A stretch of 64,000 nt of DNA from Nemertoderma westbladi (Eukaryota > Animalia > Xenacoelomorpha), in the NCBI GenBank assembly GCA_032718475.1, contig JAUCBJ010005572.1, forward strand, positions 1 to 64,000, read 5' to 3'. Under the pieces are notes generated by a model, which had not been told where the DNA came from, did not search any database, and was given only the letters and a program-made list of their open reading frames with translations. Each line of letters opens with the position of its first letter. The first letter of the stretch is position 1. Positions 36,912 through 49,005 of the stretch are shown one piece after another. Made by a program: the position numbers and the translations under genes.

Positions 36912-38579
36912 CTACACTTCTACACCCCTCTTGTGGGGCATTCTCTGCCCCCCCTCTCTCGCCGCTAATCTCATGTGGTGGGGCGCCCGTAGCCCCCCCC
37001 CCCCCCACTCGCCACATCTAACTTCACTATCTCTTACTTCGTCTCTACACCCCTCTCTAGTCGACACACTGTCTCTACTGCGGCCGGGTCTATTCACCCC
37101 CGCCTCTCTCTCTACTACTGCGTGGCCTACCAGGCCCACCTCGGGTTGGCTCAACCGCGCCACTTCCTGCCTACTAACTACGTGGCCTACCAGGCCGCCG
37201 TCTGCCGGGCTATACACGTCTGACGCGTTCACATTAATAGCACCATTCCCAATATTATTTGTTAAATCAATTAAATTATTAGAATTTGAAACGGAATTAT
37301 TTAAATTATTTAAGTTAGAATTATTATTATTTTCAAAATTTAAATTGCTATTCGAATTATTTGAATTATTTTGATTATTCTGAATATTTGAATTAATATT
37401 ATTATTTGAATTTAAACTTAAATTACTACTACCGGGTAAGATATTTCCTGTAATAAAGGGATTAGGGTTATTTACTACGGTACTATTAATACCAATATTT
37501 CCTAACGCACTACTACTACCCCCCCCCCCCCCGCCCGTACGGTTACTGTACATACTGTAAGTGTACCGCACGCTCTGTTCTCTTGCCTCACGCTCTTCGC
37601 GTTCACTCTCTCGCTCCTTCCTTCCCCTCAGTCGCCACTCTAATTCTTCCATTTTTAATTTATATGCCATGCGTTCACTCTCTCGCACCCGTCTTTCTTT
37701 TGCGGAGGATGTAGCAGACTTATAGGTTGCGACGGACTCCCGCCGCCCCTCCGTCCTACTAACTTTCCCCCGCTCTCCGGGGTTCTCGCTGACCAACGAG
37801 ACCGAATCCTCGGAGCTAACCTCGGATTCGCCCTCGTGCGGTCCCGCCCAACCCACTAACTCAACTTCCCTGGCATCGACTAAGTATGGCCCTATGTACA
37901 CTACACCAGGCCCCATACCCCTACGTTCCCATAGCCCAAACAGTTCGAAGGCAACCCCTCTCGCTCTCTCCTCGGCCAGTTCTCCCTGCCCAGAACGCAC
38001 TAGGTAATCAAAGTATCTGTTCGACTCACCTAGTCGTCTCCTCAACTTCACCTGGTCTATCTCAACCCCTCCTCTAGCTTCCTTCAGTTGTTCCCGGGTC
38101 GCGGCGTAGGCTCGTCGAAGTCGATCAGAAACCCCGACATCCTCGTCGCCGACCTCCCTTCCATCTCTCCGGGTCCGACGTCGTACCGGCAGCCCCACCG
38201 TTGCCGTTCTGGTGGGCCGTCCGTCGCCCTCGGCCTGTGGCTGGCCGGCGACATCGGTACGTCGACCCTCGCTCCGTGTCGACTCGTCTTTCTCCTCTCC
38301 CGTCTCACTCTCTCCTCTACTCGACTCGCTCTCTCCTCGTAGACGACCCCCCACATCTTGGTTCGCCGGGTTGCTCGTTATCGACGTGGCGTCAACCGGC
38401 GTCGACGTGGTCGACGTAGCATCGACCGGCGTCGTGGGTTCGTATCGTATCGCCGTGGCCTCGCGGATCGTTAGATCGTCGTCCGGGGTCCGCGGCGGTG
38501 TCGTTCCTCTCTCTCGACTCATCTTCGTCTTTAGTGATTGGTGGCTGGTGGTTATTGAGTTTATCCAGGGCAGCAGCAC
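36912..38579 (-). CDS. N-terminal segment of the copy A polyprotein (charged coil, Asn-rich tract, GLVGH repeats)
   Basis: 555-aa ORF, likely starting at MSRERG; homologous to the fragmented 55242-57414 region of copy B. Confidence 0.6.
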   Translation of the reverse strand: MLLPWINSITTSHQSLKTKMSRERGTTPPRTPDDDLTIREATAIRYEPTTPVDATSTTSTPVDATSITSNPANQDVGGRLRGESESSRGESETGEEKDESTRSEGRRTDVAGQPQAEGDGRPTRTATVGLPVRRRTRRDGREVGDEDVGVSDRLRRAYAATREQLKEARGGVEIDQVKLRRRLGESNRYFDYLVRSGQGELAEERARGVAFELFGLWERRGMGPGVVYIGPYLVDAREVELVGWAGPHEGESEVSSEDSVSLVSENPGERGKVSRTEGRRESVATYKSATSSAKERRVRESERMAYKLKMEELEWRLRGRKERESEREEREAREQSVRYTYSMYSNRTGGGGGGSSSALGNIGINSTVVNNPNPFITGNILPGSSNLSLNSNNNINSNIQNNQNNSNNSNSNLNFENNNNSNLNNLNNSVSNSNNLIDLTNNIGNGAINVNASDVYSPADGGLVGHVVSRQEVARLSQPEVGLVGHAVVEREAGVNRPGRSRDSVSTREGCRDEVRDSEVRCGEWGGGGLRAPHHMRLAAREGGQRMPHKRGVEV

Positions 38580-38678
38580 GGATTTAGTTACTGCCGAAGG
38601 GTTTAGTTACTAGCTAGGGCAGCAGTTGGTTTTAGTTACTGTTACAGTTTAACTAGGGCGGCAGCTCGATTTAGTTAC

Positions 38679-39212
38679 TGTGACGGGATCCAGGAGGGAT
38701 CCCGATTTATCCGATGTTTAGTTCACGCGTCCCCGCCGTGTGTAAAGAGTAAAATGAGTTCTGATGTTCGGTGTATATAATGATCAGTCTAATAAGATAT
38801 AGATATAGGTTGTTGTACACGGAAGGCGGGATACGGTAACTAAAGTCCCGGTCCTTCCCTAGCTAAACTATCTAACCTAACTAGCACCAATATGATACTG
38901 GGATAACTGACTGGTATGATTACTGGTAACTGGTTATATTGCACGGTGGCCTTATTGCTGTACCTAATCGATGCCTTTCCCCCCCTCTGATTGGTTGATA
39001 CCCTTGTTGGCGCCCTTTGGAGTGTTTCCCTTCACTCCCTGTGTTCTCTCTCGGTTAGGGGTTTGGCCCCTGACCTCCATTGTGTGTTTCTCCTTCCCTT
39101 CCCACTTTATTGGGGTAACACGAGGTTGATATTGGTAATCAACCTCGTGCTCCCAATATTGCTTAATGGCTCACTCTATGGGTTTGTGTTAGCGGAATTG
39201 GATAAGCTAACA
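38679..39212 (-). repeat. 5' LTR of copy A
   Basis: Direct repeat of 31147-31680; the sense strand has TATAA followed about 30 nt later by an Inr-like TCAGTT. Confidence 0.95.
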
Positions 39213-40724
39213 CAAATTTCCACCTATTGTTTACATGGTATCCAATGCGGCGTTAAGTAATGTTCCCTTAGTGGTCATAACTTAACGCCGTCATGGTTTA
39301 CCACGTAAACAATAACACCAAATACAATACTAAATGTACAGGCCAATACAATGCTGTAATGTCCTCGAAAGTTGTAAAGTTCTAAATAACAACTCGCTGG
39401 TAATAGTAACGGCGTTGAGTAATGTTACAATTTTGGTATAAAGTATATAACATAAATGTTATATACTGTAGCTGCTATAATTTATAAACATTAATTACTT
39501 TCTGATTGGTTGTCAATGCTGGAAATGCCAGCTTTCAACTTTCATGTAAGATAGAACTAGTGCATTTTGAAAGTTGAAAGTTGCATGTTGAAAGTTTACT
39601 GTTATGTGTGAACGTAAAACGTCCCCATAGGATACGATATGTTCTGTCTTTTAATTGATAGTTGAATGTTGAAAGTTGAAAGTTTGTGACTCGGGCCTTA
39701 TGACGGATTTAATGTAGTTTCATTTCCCTATTAAACATATTTATATTTTAACGAAATTATTGGAACGAAAGCTCAATGAAAAGTGATGAAATGGAAAAGA
39801 TAAGAATCATTTTATTTATTGTCTGTATTTGAAAATATTTTTATTCAAGCAAGAAGGAAAAACATACCGGTAGGCGCTAAGTGTGATATGAGCATAATTA
39901 ATTAGAGGATGACTTTAATTGGAATTTATATAAGTTACACTAAAAAGTATAAGTTTTAATATTTTGTTGTTTAAAATGCACCTTTCTTTTAATCTGTAAC
40001 ATTTAGCAACGCATATCAACCATTACTGTGTTATTTTACTTTATTTTTAATGTTGTGTTGTTGTTATTCTCCTTTACCAAGGGGAACGGGAATGTTCCCA
40101 CCCCACCACCATCTGACCTTATTGCATTACATTTGTTTTCAATATTTTGTATTTTCCGATTTTTCATTTAAACTTATCAACTATCGTGATAAAATGGCTA
40201 CCTATAATGTCACATAAAAATTAACTGAAATATAACCAATAAATTATTTATTATAATTATAAATTATGATACCCCAAATAATTATTTAGTACCAAAAGCA
40301 ATTATTCAGCATTAAATAAATAAACAGTCTCCCCAAAAACGAATTATCCTTACCTGATCGGATATTTAATTTTGGTAAATCCTTCCCAAATTTAATGGCA
40401 AAACCCCAAAATATATACAAATTCCCACAAAATGGATTACGATTTCACCAAACAAAACAGATATACTCCAAAAATATATACATATCCCCCGAAAAAATAT
40501 ATTTACATTTTCCCGAATTAAATATATATAATATATTCTCCTCAGGGGCGATTTTTTCTGAATCATATATTATACACATTTTGATATGATTTTTGAATTT
40601 TTTTTTATTTTTATTTTGATTCTTGATTTTGATATGATTTGTTATAGTATTATAAAAATATACAGTAATATAAATAAATAATAAGCATTTCTATGGTTGT
40701 TGATGTATAATTAATGTCGAAAAT

Positions 40725-41610
40725 CTATGTTCTACGCATTTCCTTAGATCATCATAATGATGATGGGGTGATGATAACTCCACCTACTGACTCCAGCTGA
40801 CGACTTAGGAGTATTCTCAGAATCACTAGAGGGAGCCCAACGGCTCCTCAGCTCATTAGAACAGGCTGCTTCTAGCGTTGGTCTTTTTATTAACTCCAGA
40901 AAGATCAAAATTTTGACAGTTAACTTTGAAAGTTCTCAGCAAGTCTTTGATCGGATGAGCATAAGCTCAAAAGATGGTATGCTTGAGCATGTGGACTACT
41001 TCTGTTACCTGGGATTATGGATCCGGAAGTCAGGTGAGGGCCTTCGAATACGTAAGGGAAAGGCATGGGCAGCCTTCAATAGGCTTTGCAGGATTTGGAA
41101 GTCACCGAGAATTAATCGGAAACTTAAGGTCCGATTATTTAGAGCAGCAGTAGTTCCAGTACTCCTCTATGGGAGTCCATGCTGGGCTCTAACTGCTGAG
41201 GACACCAAATCTCTGGATGGCACATTCACAAGAATGCTACGCCGGGTTCATTGTGTCAAGTACAATGCACACATCTCCAACCAGACACTATATAACATTG
41301 GAGGTGTCTCATTGGTTCCCCCAAGCTTGACACTAGAGCAAAATCGCCTCCGGTTTGCAGGACATTGCTTTCGCCGTGAGGACCAGCCAGTGCATAATCT
41401 TGTACTTTGGCAGCCTCATGGAGTGAAAAAGCATGGTGGACAGCCCATGACTTTCTTGAGACGCATCTTAAAGGACACTGGCCTAGAAGATGCGGATGAT
41501 CTAGCAAATGTCATGGGTGATAGGGAGTTGTGGCGGTGCAATTTTGTTGACAAGCCGGCACAGCATTCTTAAAAATGCAGTTGCAATGCAGCATGCCGAT
41601 CCTAGTAGTA
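40725..41610 (+). mobile_element. 5'-truncated RTE LINE
   Basis: ORF 40913-41572 is near-identical to 18259-18756; ends in a CTAGTAGTA tail. Confidence 0.9.
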
Positions 41611-42112
41611 TGTTGCTGGGTCTGCCGACACTGTGTATGGCTGACCATGAGATCTGAGGGCGCTATGTTGCTGGGTCTGCCGACACTGTGTATGGTTGAC
41701 CATGAGATCTGATGGCGCTATGTAGCCGGGTCTGTCGAAACTGTGTATGGTTGACCATCAGATCTGAGGGCGCTATGTTGCTGGGTCTGCTGACACTGTG
41801 TATGGTTGACCATGAGATCTGAGGGCGCTATGTTGCTGGGTCTGCCGACACTGTGTATGGTTGACCATGAGATCTGATGGCGCTATGTAGCTGGGTCTGT
41901 CGAAACTGTGTATGGTTGACCATGAGATCTGATGGCGCTATGTAGCTGGGTCTGTCGAAACTGTGTATGGTTGACCATGAGATCTGAGGGCGCTATGTTG
42001 CTGGGTCTGTCGAAACTGTGTATGGTTGACCATGAGATCTGAGGGCGCTATGTTGCTGGGTCTGCCGACACTGTGTATGGTTGACCATGAGATCTGATGG
42101 CGCTATGTAGCC
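41610..42112 (-). repeat. 55-bp satellite, about 9 copies (reverse complement of the 4165-4749 array)
   Basis: Unit TATGTTGCTGGGTCTGCCGACACTGTGTATGGTTGACCATGAGATCTGAGGGCGC. Confidence 0.95.
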
Positions 42113-42115
42113 GGT

Positions 42116-42399
42116 ACAAAATCGCCTCCGCTTTGCAGGACATTGCTTTCGCCGTGAGGACCAGCCAGTGCATAATCGTGTACTTTGGCAGCCTCATGGA
42201 GTGAATAAGCAAGCATGGTGGACAGACCATGACTTTCTTGAGACACATCTTAAAGGACATTGGTCTTGAAGATGCGGATGATCTAGCAAATGTCATGGGT
42301 GATAGGGAGTTGTGGCGGCGCAATTTTGTCGACAAGCCGGCACAGCATTCTTAAAAATGCAGCTGCAATGCAGCATGCCGATAGTAGTAGTAGTAGTAG
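42116..42399 (+). mobile_element. RTE 3' fragment with (TAG)6 tail
   Basis: Matches the 3' ~285 nt of the other RTE copies. Confidence 0.9.
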
Positions 42400-43289
42400 T
42401 AATGTCCAAAAAAAGTAGGGCAAACATTTCATATTTGGTGAAGAAATATTTTTTGTTAATAATGAGTTAAATTTGGGGCTTATGCCAATTATATTAGATC
42501 ATATTATAAATTTCTTCTTAATCTTATACTGAATCATATCATAGGCCTATATATATATGTGATTTATTAAATTTATTTATTTTTCACAATTTAATATTGG
42601 AAATGAAAGCGCACCGAAAGTCTATAAAATTAATATAAAATTTAATATTTGGTTATTTATGTAGGATCTGTCCGATATTATATCCTCTATCTTAGGACTG
42701 ACTGCGCTGCTACTACTTTTTCATTCACAATGTGAACTATTTTGCGCGTTTATTTCATATTACAGGGGTGGCTGGTTTTGTCATCCCAAAACAAAATATA
42801 TGATAATATTAAATATATTGCTTATTTCTTCAGTATGTTTCCATAATATTAGATTGACGTATTAAATATATTTTATTATAATTCTCTGTAGAACTACTAC
42901 TTTTATTAGTTTTATAGGCTTTAGTATATTATTTGTTTCTATTTGTTAATAATTTGTATCTTTCCATTTGTAATTCAGTTGGCCATGACAAATCCATGCT
43001 AACTGCTGCAATATTATATAGTATTTAGTTGAATTATATATTATATTAAAATGTACGTACGAGGTTGTTAACTCAAATTTTCTTACCTTCAAACATCAAT
43101 TAGGTTGTGGGGCAAGCCACGAAGTTGGCTGAGTCTTAGCAAACTGACACTGTAGCGTGTTACGTATGTGGGTCAATAATGGCAAATAGTTGTTGTCGTT
43201 GTCATTGTTATATGGGTCCTTAATTAACCCAGGACCAAGGGCGTCCCTATCCCAGAACGAAAGGGGTCCTAGTTACTTAATTTGTGTCT

Positions 43290-43817
43290 AATGTTGACGG
43301 TGACCCTGAACTATTTGTTATGGGGAGTCCTCCCGGCAGGGAGACGCACTTGCGCCATTCATATTGCGCCATTCTTGTTCATAATTGTGGTTGACTATGT
43401 TATTCGCATGTCCTTAGATCATCATAATGATGATGGGGTGATGGTAACTCCACCTACTGGCTCCAGAAGTCGAGGAAATCGTGCCAAATACCTAACTGAT
43501 CTAGACTTTGCTGATGACTTAGGAGTACTCTCAGAATCACTAGAGGGAGTCCAACGGCTTCTCAGCTCATTCTAGTGTTGGTCTTTTTATTAACTCCAAA
43601 CAGACCAACATTTTGACAGTTAACTTTGAAAGTCCTCAGCAAATTTCTGGTCAGATGAGCATAAGCTCAAAGGATGGCATGCTTGAGCATGTGGACGACG
43701 TCTGTTACCTGGGATCAAGGATCCGGAAGTCAGGTGAGGAGGACCTTCGAATACGTAAGGGAAAGGCATGGGCAGCCTTGAATAGGCTTTCCATGATTTG
43801 GAAGTCACGTAGAATTC
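43290..43817 (+). mobile_element. Internal RTE RT fragment lying inside a HINE-like remnant
   Basis: LWGVL...APFLFIIVVDYV...YLTDLDFADDL; flanked by fragments of the 6324-6823 family. Confidence 0.82.
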
Positions 43818-44031
43818 TCAACCCATTTCCATCATTTTAATTCGTTTAAGCTGAATCTTGGCATTACTCCAACTACACTTCTACTCAGTTTGCTGCTATA
43901 GGTCGAAAACTCTCAATGTGAAAAACCTTCTCTCATTTCGTTATTTGTTTTCCATTCAGGCTGAAACTTGCAGATATACATGCTACTCCGTAGTCCATCT
44001 ATATACATTATATATACACTATATATATAAA

Positions 44032-45745
44032 TATTAATGAGGGACACAAACATTAACGAGGGACAAAAACATTAATGAGGGACACAAACATTAATGAGGT
44101 ACACAAACATTAATGAGGGACCCAAACATTAATGAGGGACACAAACATTAATGAGGGACACAAACATTAATGAGGTACACAAACATTAATGAGGTACACT
44201 AACATTAATGAGGTACACAAACATTAATGATGGACAAAATTATTAATGAGGGACACAAACATTAATGAGGGACAAAAACATTAATGAGGGACACAAACAT
44301 TAATGAGGGACACAAACATTAATGAGGGACACAAACATTAATGAGGGACACAAACATTAATAAGGGACACAAACATTAATGAGGGACACAATGACATTAA
44401 TGAGGGACACAAACATTAATGAGGGATACAAACATTAATGAGGGACACAAACATTAATGAGGGACACAAACATTAATGAGGGACACAAACATTAATGAGG
44501 GACACAAACATTAATGAGGGACACAAACATTAATGAGGTACACTAACATTAATGAGGTACACAAACATTAATGAGGGACAAAAACATTAATGAGGGACAC
44601 AAACATTAATGAGGGACAAAAACATTAATGAGGGACACAAACATTAATGAGGGACACAAACATTAATGAGGGACACAAACATTAATAAGGGACACAAACA
44701 TTAATGAGGGAAACAATGAATTAATGAGGGACACAAACATTAATGAGGTACACTAACATTAATGAGGTACACAAACATTAATGAGGGACAAAAACATTAA
44801 TGAGGGACACAAACATTAATGAGGGACAAAAACATTAATGAGGGACACAAACATTAATGAGGGACACAAACATTAATGAGGTACACTAACATTAATGAGG
44901 TACACAAACATTAATGAGGGACACAAACATTAATGAGGTACACTAACATTAATGAGGTACACAAACATTAATGAGGGACAAAAACATTAATGAGGGACAC
45001 AAACATTAATGAGGGACAAAAACATTCATGAGGGACACAAACATTAATGAGGGACACAAACATTAATGAGGGACACAAACATTAATGAGGGACACAAACA
45101 TTAATAAGGGACACAAACATTAATGAGGGAAACAATGAATTAATGAGCGACACAAACATTAATGAGGGACAAAAACATTAATGAGGGACACAAACATTAA
45201 TGAGGGACACAAACATTAATGAGGGACACAAACATTAATGAGGGACACAAACATTAATGAGGGACACAAACATTAATAAGGGACACAAACATTAATGAGG
45301 GAAACAATGAATTAATGAGGGACACAAACATTAATGAGGGATACAAACATTAATGAGGGACAAAAACATTAATGAGGTACACAAACATTAATGAGGGACA
45401 CAAACATTAATGAGGGACACAAACATTAATGAGGGACACAAACATTAATAAGGGACACAAACATTAATGAGGGAAACAATGAATTAATGAGGGACACAAA
45501 CATTAATGAGGGATACAAACATTAATGAGGGACAAAAACATTAATGAGGTACACAAACATTAATGAGGGACACAAACATTAATGAGGGACACAAACATTA
45601 ATGAGGGACAAAAACATTAATGAGGGACACAAACATTAATGAGGGACACAAACATTAATGAGGGACACAAACATTAATTAGGGGCACAAAGATTAATGAG
45701 GGGCACAAACATTAATGAGGGACACAAACATTAATGAGGGATACA
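44032..45745 (+). repeat. 19-bp minisatellite, about 90 copies
   Basis: Unit ACATTAATGAGGGACACAA with a palindromic CATTAATG core; about 1.5 inverted copies at 45847-45877. Confidence 0.97.
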
Positions 45746-47020
45746 ACCCTCACACTCTAAATATTAATTTAGTTAATAGTGCCCAACAAAAAGTTATAAT
45801 AATATGAAGGCACTCATTCACCCATAACACCAATAATAAATCATTCATGTTTGTGTCCCTCATTAATGTTTGTGTCCTGGCCGCTATGGGCTTCCGTAGT
45901 TATGTTATTAGGGGACATCTGGTTAGATTTTGCTTTAATAATTCTTCCGATTAACACTTTACCATCATTTTATGCCACGTGCTGCGCAAACGCGCCACGT
46001 CGTGTATGTATGTGTTTTAATCCAAAATTATATCATATTATTGGACTTGTAAATGATGGGTAATTGTTTTTTAAGAATTTCTCAAATTTTATATTTTATA
46101 CAAATTTTATTTGTTAATATACGATTATAATATATACTGTAGTATAAAAGTTTGGACGTAGCCTAATATGAAAAACCTTCAGCCACTACATCTACTTTAT
46201 TAAGTTCGCAGTTACCTGTAGTGTACTGTACAATCCACGATATTGTATTAGCTAATATTTTAATTTATTAAATAATGGCGTACATTCTCCTCTCCTCTAA
46301 AGATGTCATGTTCTAGGTCTACATAACAACCTCTCGTCTTCGATTTATAGATATGTAGGGAAAACAGAACGATTACAGACGATATATTTACAATAATTTC
46401 TAACGATAGATTTAAATTCAAAACAAAAAGGTTGGAGTAAAGGAAATATAATGATAAATATATCATGAGATCGATTTGAGCAGCAGTAATCGAGATCATT
46501 GTTTTTCTCAGTAGAACAAATAATCCTCGGAAAACAAACCACTCCTAACGACAAACAAGATAAGGATGAGAGGTTGGAAACATATCCATTATATATATTC
46601 GATCAATTCCATTACGATGAAACGTAAGGAAAATTGAGAATGCGACTGTAATAATACAATTTGAAGGAAGATGTAATGTTAGTGTTTTGGTTTATAAGTG
46701 GGTTCCCACCCACCCATTAATTACTGATACATTTTACTCTCATAAATTATATTTCCGATTTTTTTCTTCATTGTATACTAGACATTAAATTGTTTTTGAT
46801 ATATATATATCTATAAAGAACATCATAAACATTTAACGGCATATCACAGGGTTAACACTTTGCACGCCAACAGGCTTTTTAATTCATCCCCATGGAACAT
46901 GTAACACAGGATGGACCAGTTTTCCAGAGAAGAATAATTTCAACAGCCGCTGACTAAGTTAAAAGTTATTAGGAGCCCACTCGACAGGCGAGATACTTAT
47001 TGTAAAAATCTGCGGGATAC

Positions 47021-47803
47021 TTACTGTAAAAATCTCAGGATATATAACACTGACTGACTGACTGACTGACTGATAATTATCCAGGTTCAGGCACTTCCTG
47101 CCTGGCGATTTTGTTGAAATTTTACAAGTAAATTGCTTTGGTGGTTCATAATCGCGTTACAAAATATCAGATCGATTCTATGTGTGGTATTCGATATATT
47201 TAGTTTTTTGAAATTATTTTGTCGCGAAATTAAAAGCAATGTTAAAGTAACAACTCCTCCCTGAGCTGCAGCAGCTTTATAGCTGTGTAGGAATAGTTGA
47301 GTTCAGGGCTGCCTGAGATAGAATTCCATCAAGGCAGAATTTCTTGACTACACCCCTTCTGCTGCTGGCTGCTGGCTGAGTCTACACATCCTTTATCAGC
47401 TCTCAGGGATAAACAGAAAATAGTTCAGTTGTCAATAAACAAAACAAATTATACCACTGCAGTAGGATTATATTATTATTATTCCACGAATCATTGGGCT
47501 GATTATTTTGTATAGGATATATGTAAAAAGTTCTTAAAAATAATATTCTTATTTTTTTTTATTACATAGGATTAGCATCATTATTTAGCTGAAGCATTAA
47601 TAGTGTAAATTAATTTAATTATATTTTAATACCATTACTACATTGGCATACTGTAAGATAAGTTTTAACATTTCATACAAATAGTGGTGCGAGCATAAAA
47701 CTCAAATCACGCAAATTTAAAAGAACCGGGTGTGTTATAGCAAAGTTTCATTTTTTATTATGTGGGACGAGCCACAAAGTCAGCTAGCCCCACGCCTTAT
47801 AGT
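47021..47803 (+). mobile_element. Helitron/HINE-like non-autonomous element
   Basis: (CTGA)n microsatellite near the 5' end; imperfect 3' hairpin GTGGGACGAGC...GCTAGCCCCAC followed by TAGTT. Confidence 0.45.
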
Positions 47804-49005
47804 TTAGACAATTGTTTAGTTTTTACTCACTGCTGACCGACAAGGTTTATTTGTAATAGTCTTGTAAATAGGATTTTTCCCCCGGGCTCCTTCCAGCCAG
47901 CTTGCTGGCTTTCTAGTTAATGTAGTCGAATCATTGTATGCCGAAATAATACATTTTACGATCAGTACTAATAAGGTTCGTATAGGCCTATTAGCTCCTA
48001 TATTCTAGGTCTGTGGTACTTGTATACTCACTCAGATACAGTACAATAATTAATTTAATTAATCGTTAATATTAATGGTAAATAATTAAATCTGAAACAC
48101 ATTTCATTCAATTCGGCACCCATTAAACCCATATATTCCACATTCTACCCCCGAAAACTAGCCGGTATGAAATATGGGCACAAAGAAGCAAAAGGATTTA
48201 ACCCACAATGAAAATTGCCACCAAGTAAAGGTGAAATAATAGTGCAAGATACTGAAGTATAATATAAATATATCAATCACCATAACCACCAGATATTTTA
48301 AATACTAACTTTTCATTTAATTAAACTAATTCATATTAGATAACCTATGTTCTAGATAACCTGAAAGAATGAGAGAATTTGAATGTAAATTATAATTTTA
48401 TTATTAATTTATTGACTGTAAATAATGAAAAATAATGATATAAATAATGATGTAAATTATGAAATAAAACATTGATAAATATCACGCGGCCGACGCTACA
48501 TTTAAATTGTTTCGAACGGAACAACAATAATTTATTTATCAACTAATAAAATAAATAAAACCATGAAAGACCAATAGGTGAGGGTTCGTAAGAGTTAACG
48601 TTTTTTGGTGGTAATGGGGGGGGGGGGGGGGGGCAGTAACGTCTGTAGGCCGAAACCCCCGACTGCATAAAGTAAAATGATTTACGACTGACGAAATATA
48701 TGGCCTACAAATATTAGGCAGGGGCGCAAGTGTATGATAGATTATCATAAAAGCGGGTGGTGGGAGCATAGCAGACACTGCTCCAGATACAACAACCGGC
48801 CATTGAGATGATTTTTTTAATTGCCTCTTTTAAGATTGTAGTTGCAAATCAAATAACATTACCGTTGCGCTGTCGCCAAATGTCACCATATTTACTGTAC
48901 TGTACGTACATCGCTTTCACCATACAAACAATACTGCATTATAAATATCAGAATTATTACTTTTTTACAATATTATTTAAAATGAAATGACTATGTAATT
49001 TAGGC

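Larger units (their letters stand above)
31147..39212 (-). mobile_element. Bel/Pao-derived LTR element lacking RT/RH/IN (copy A, 8066 bp)
   Basis: 534-bp TG..CA LTRs (31147-31680 and 38679-39212) that look identical by eye; TSD CAAAT; G-rich PPT at 31681-31689; Gag-protease ORF with the Pao-type TPFGW motif. Confidence 0.92.
30179..39697 (+). mobile_element. Non-autonomous PIF/Harbinger DNA transposon (~1.45 kb) hosting a nested LTR element
   Basis: TIRs GGCCCGGGTCACA / TGTGACTCGGGCC with subterminal TTCAAC repeats; TTA TSD (30176-30178 and 39698-39700); transposase remnant YTRMSISSFDELISSIEPH at about 30540-30727. Confidence 0.85.
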
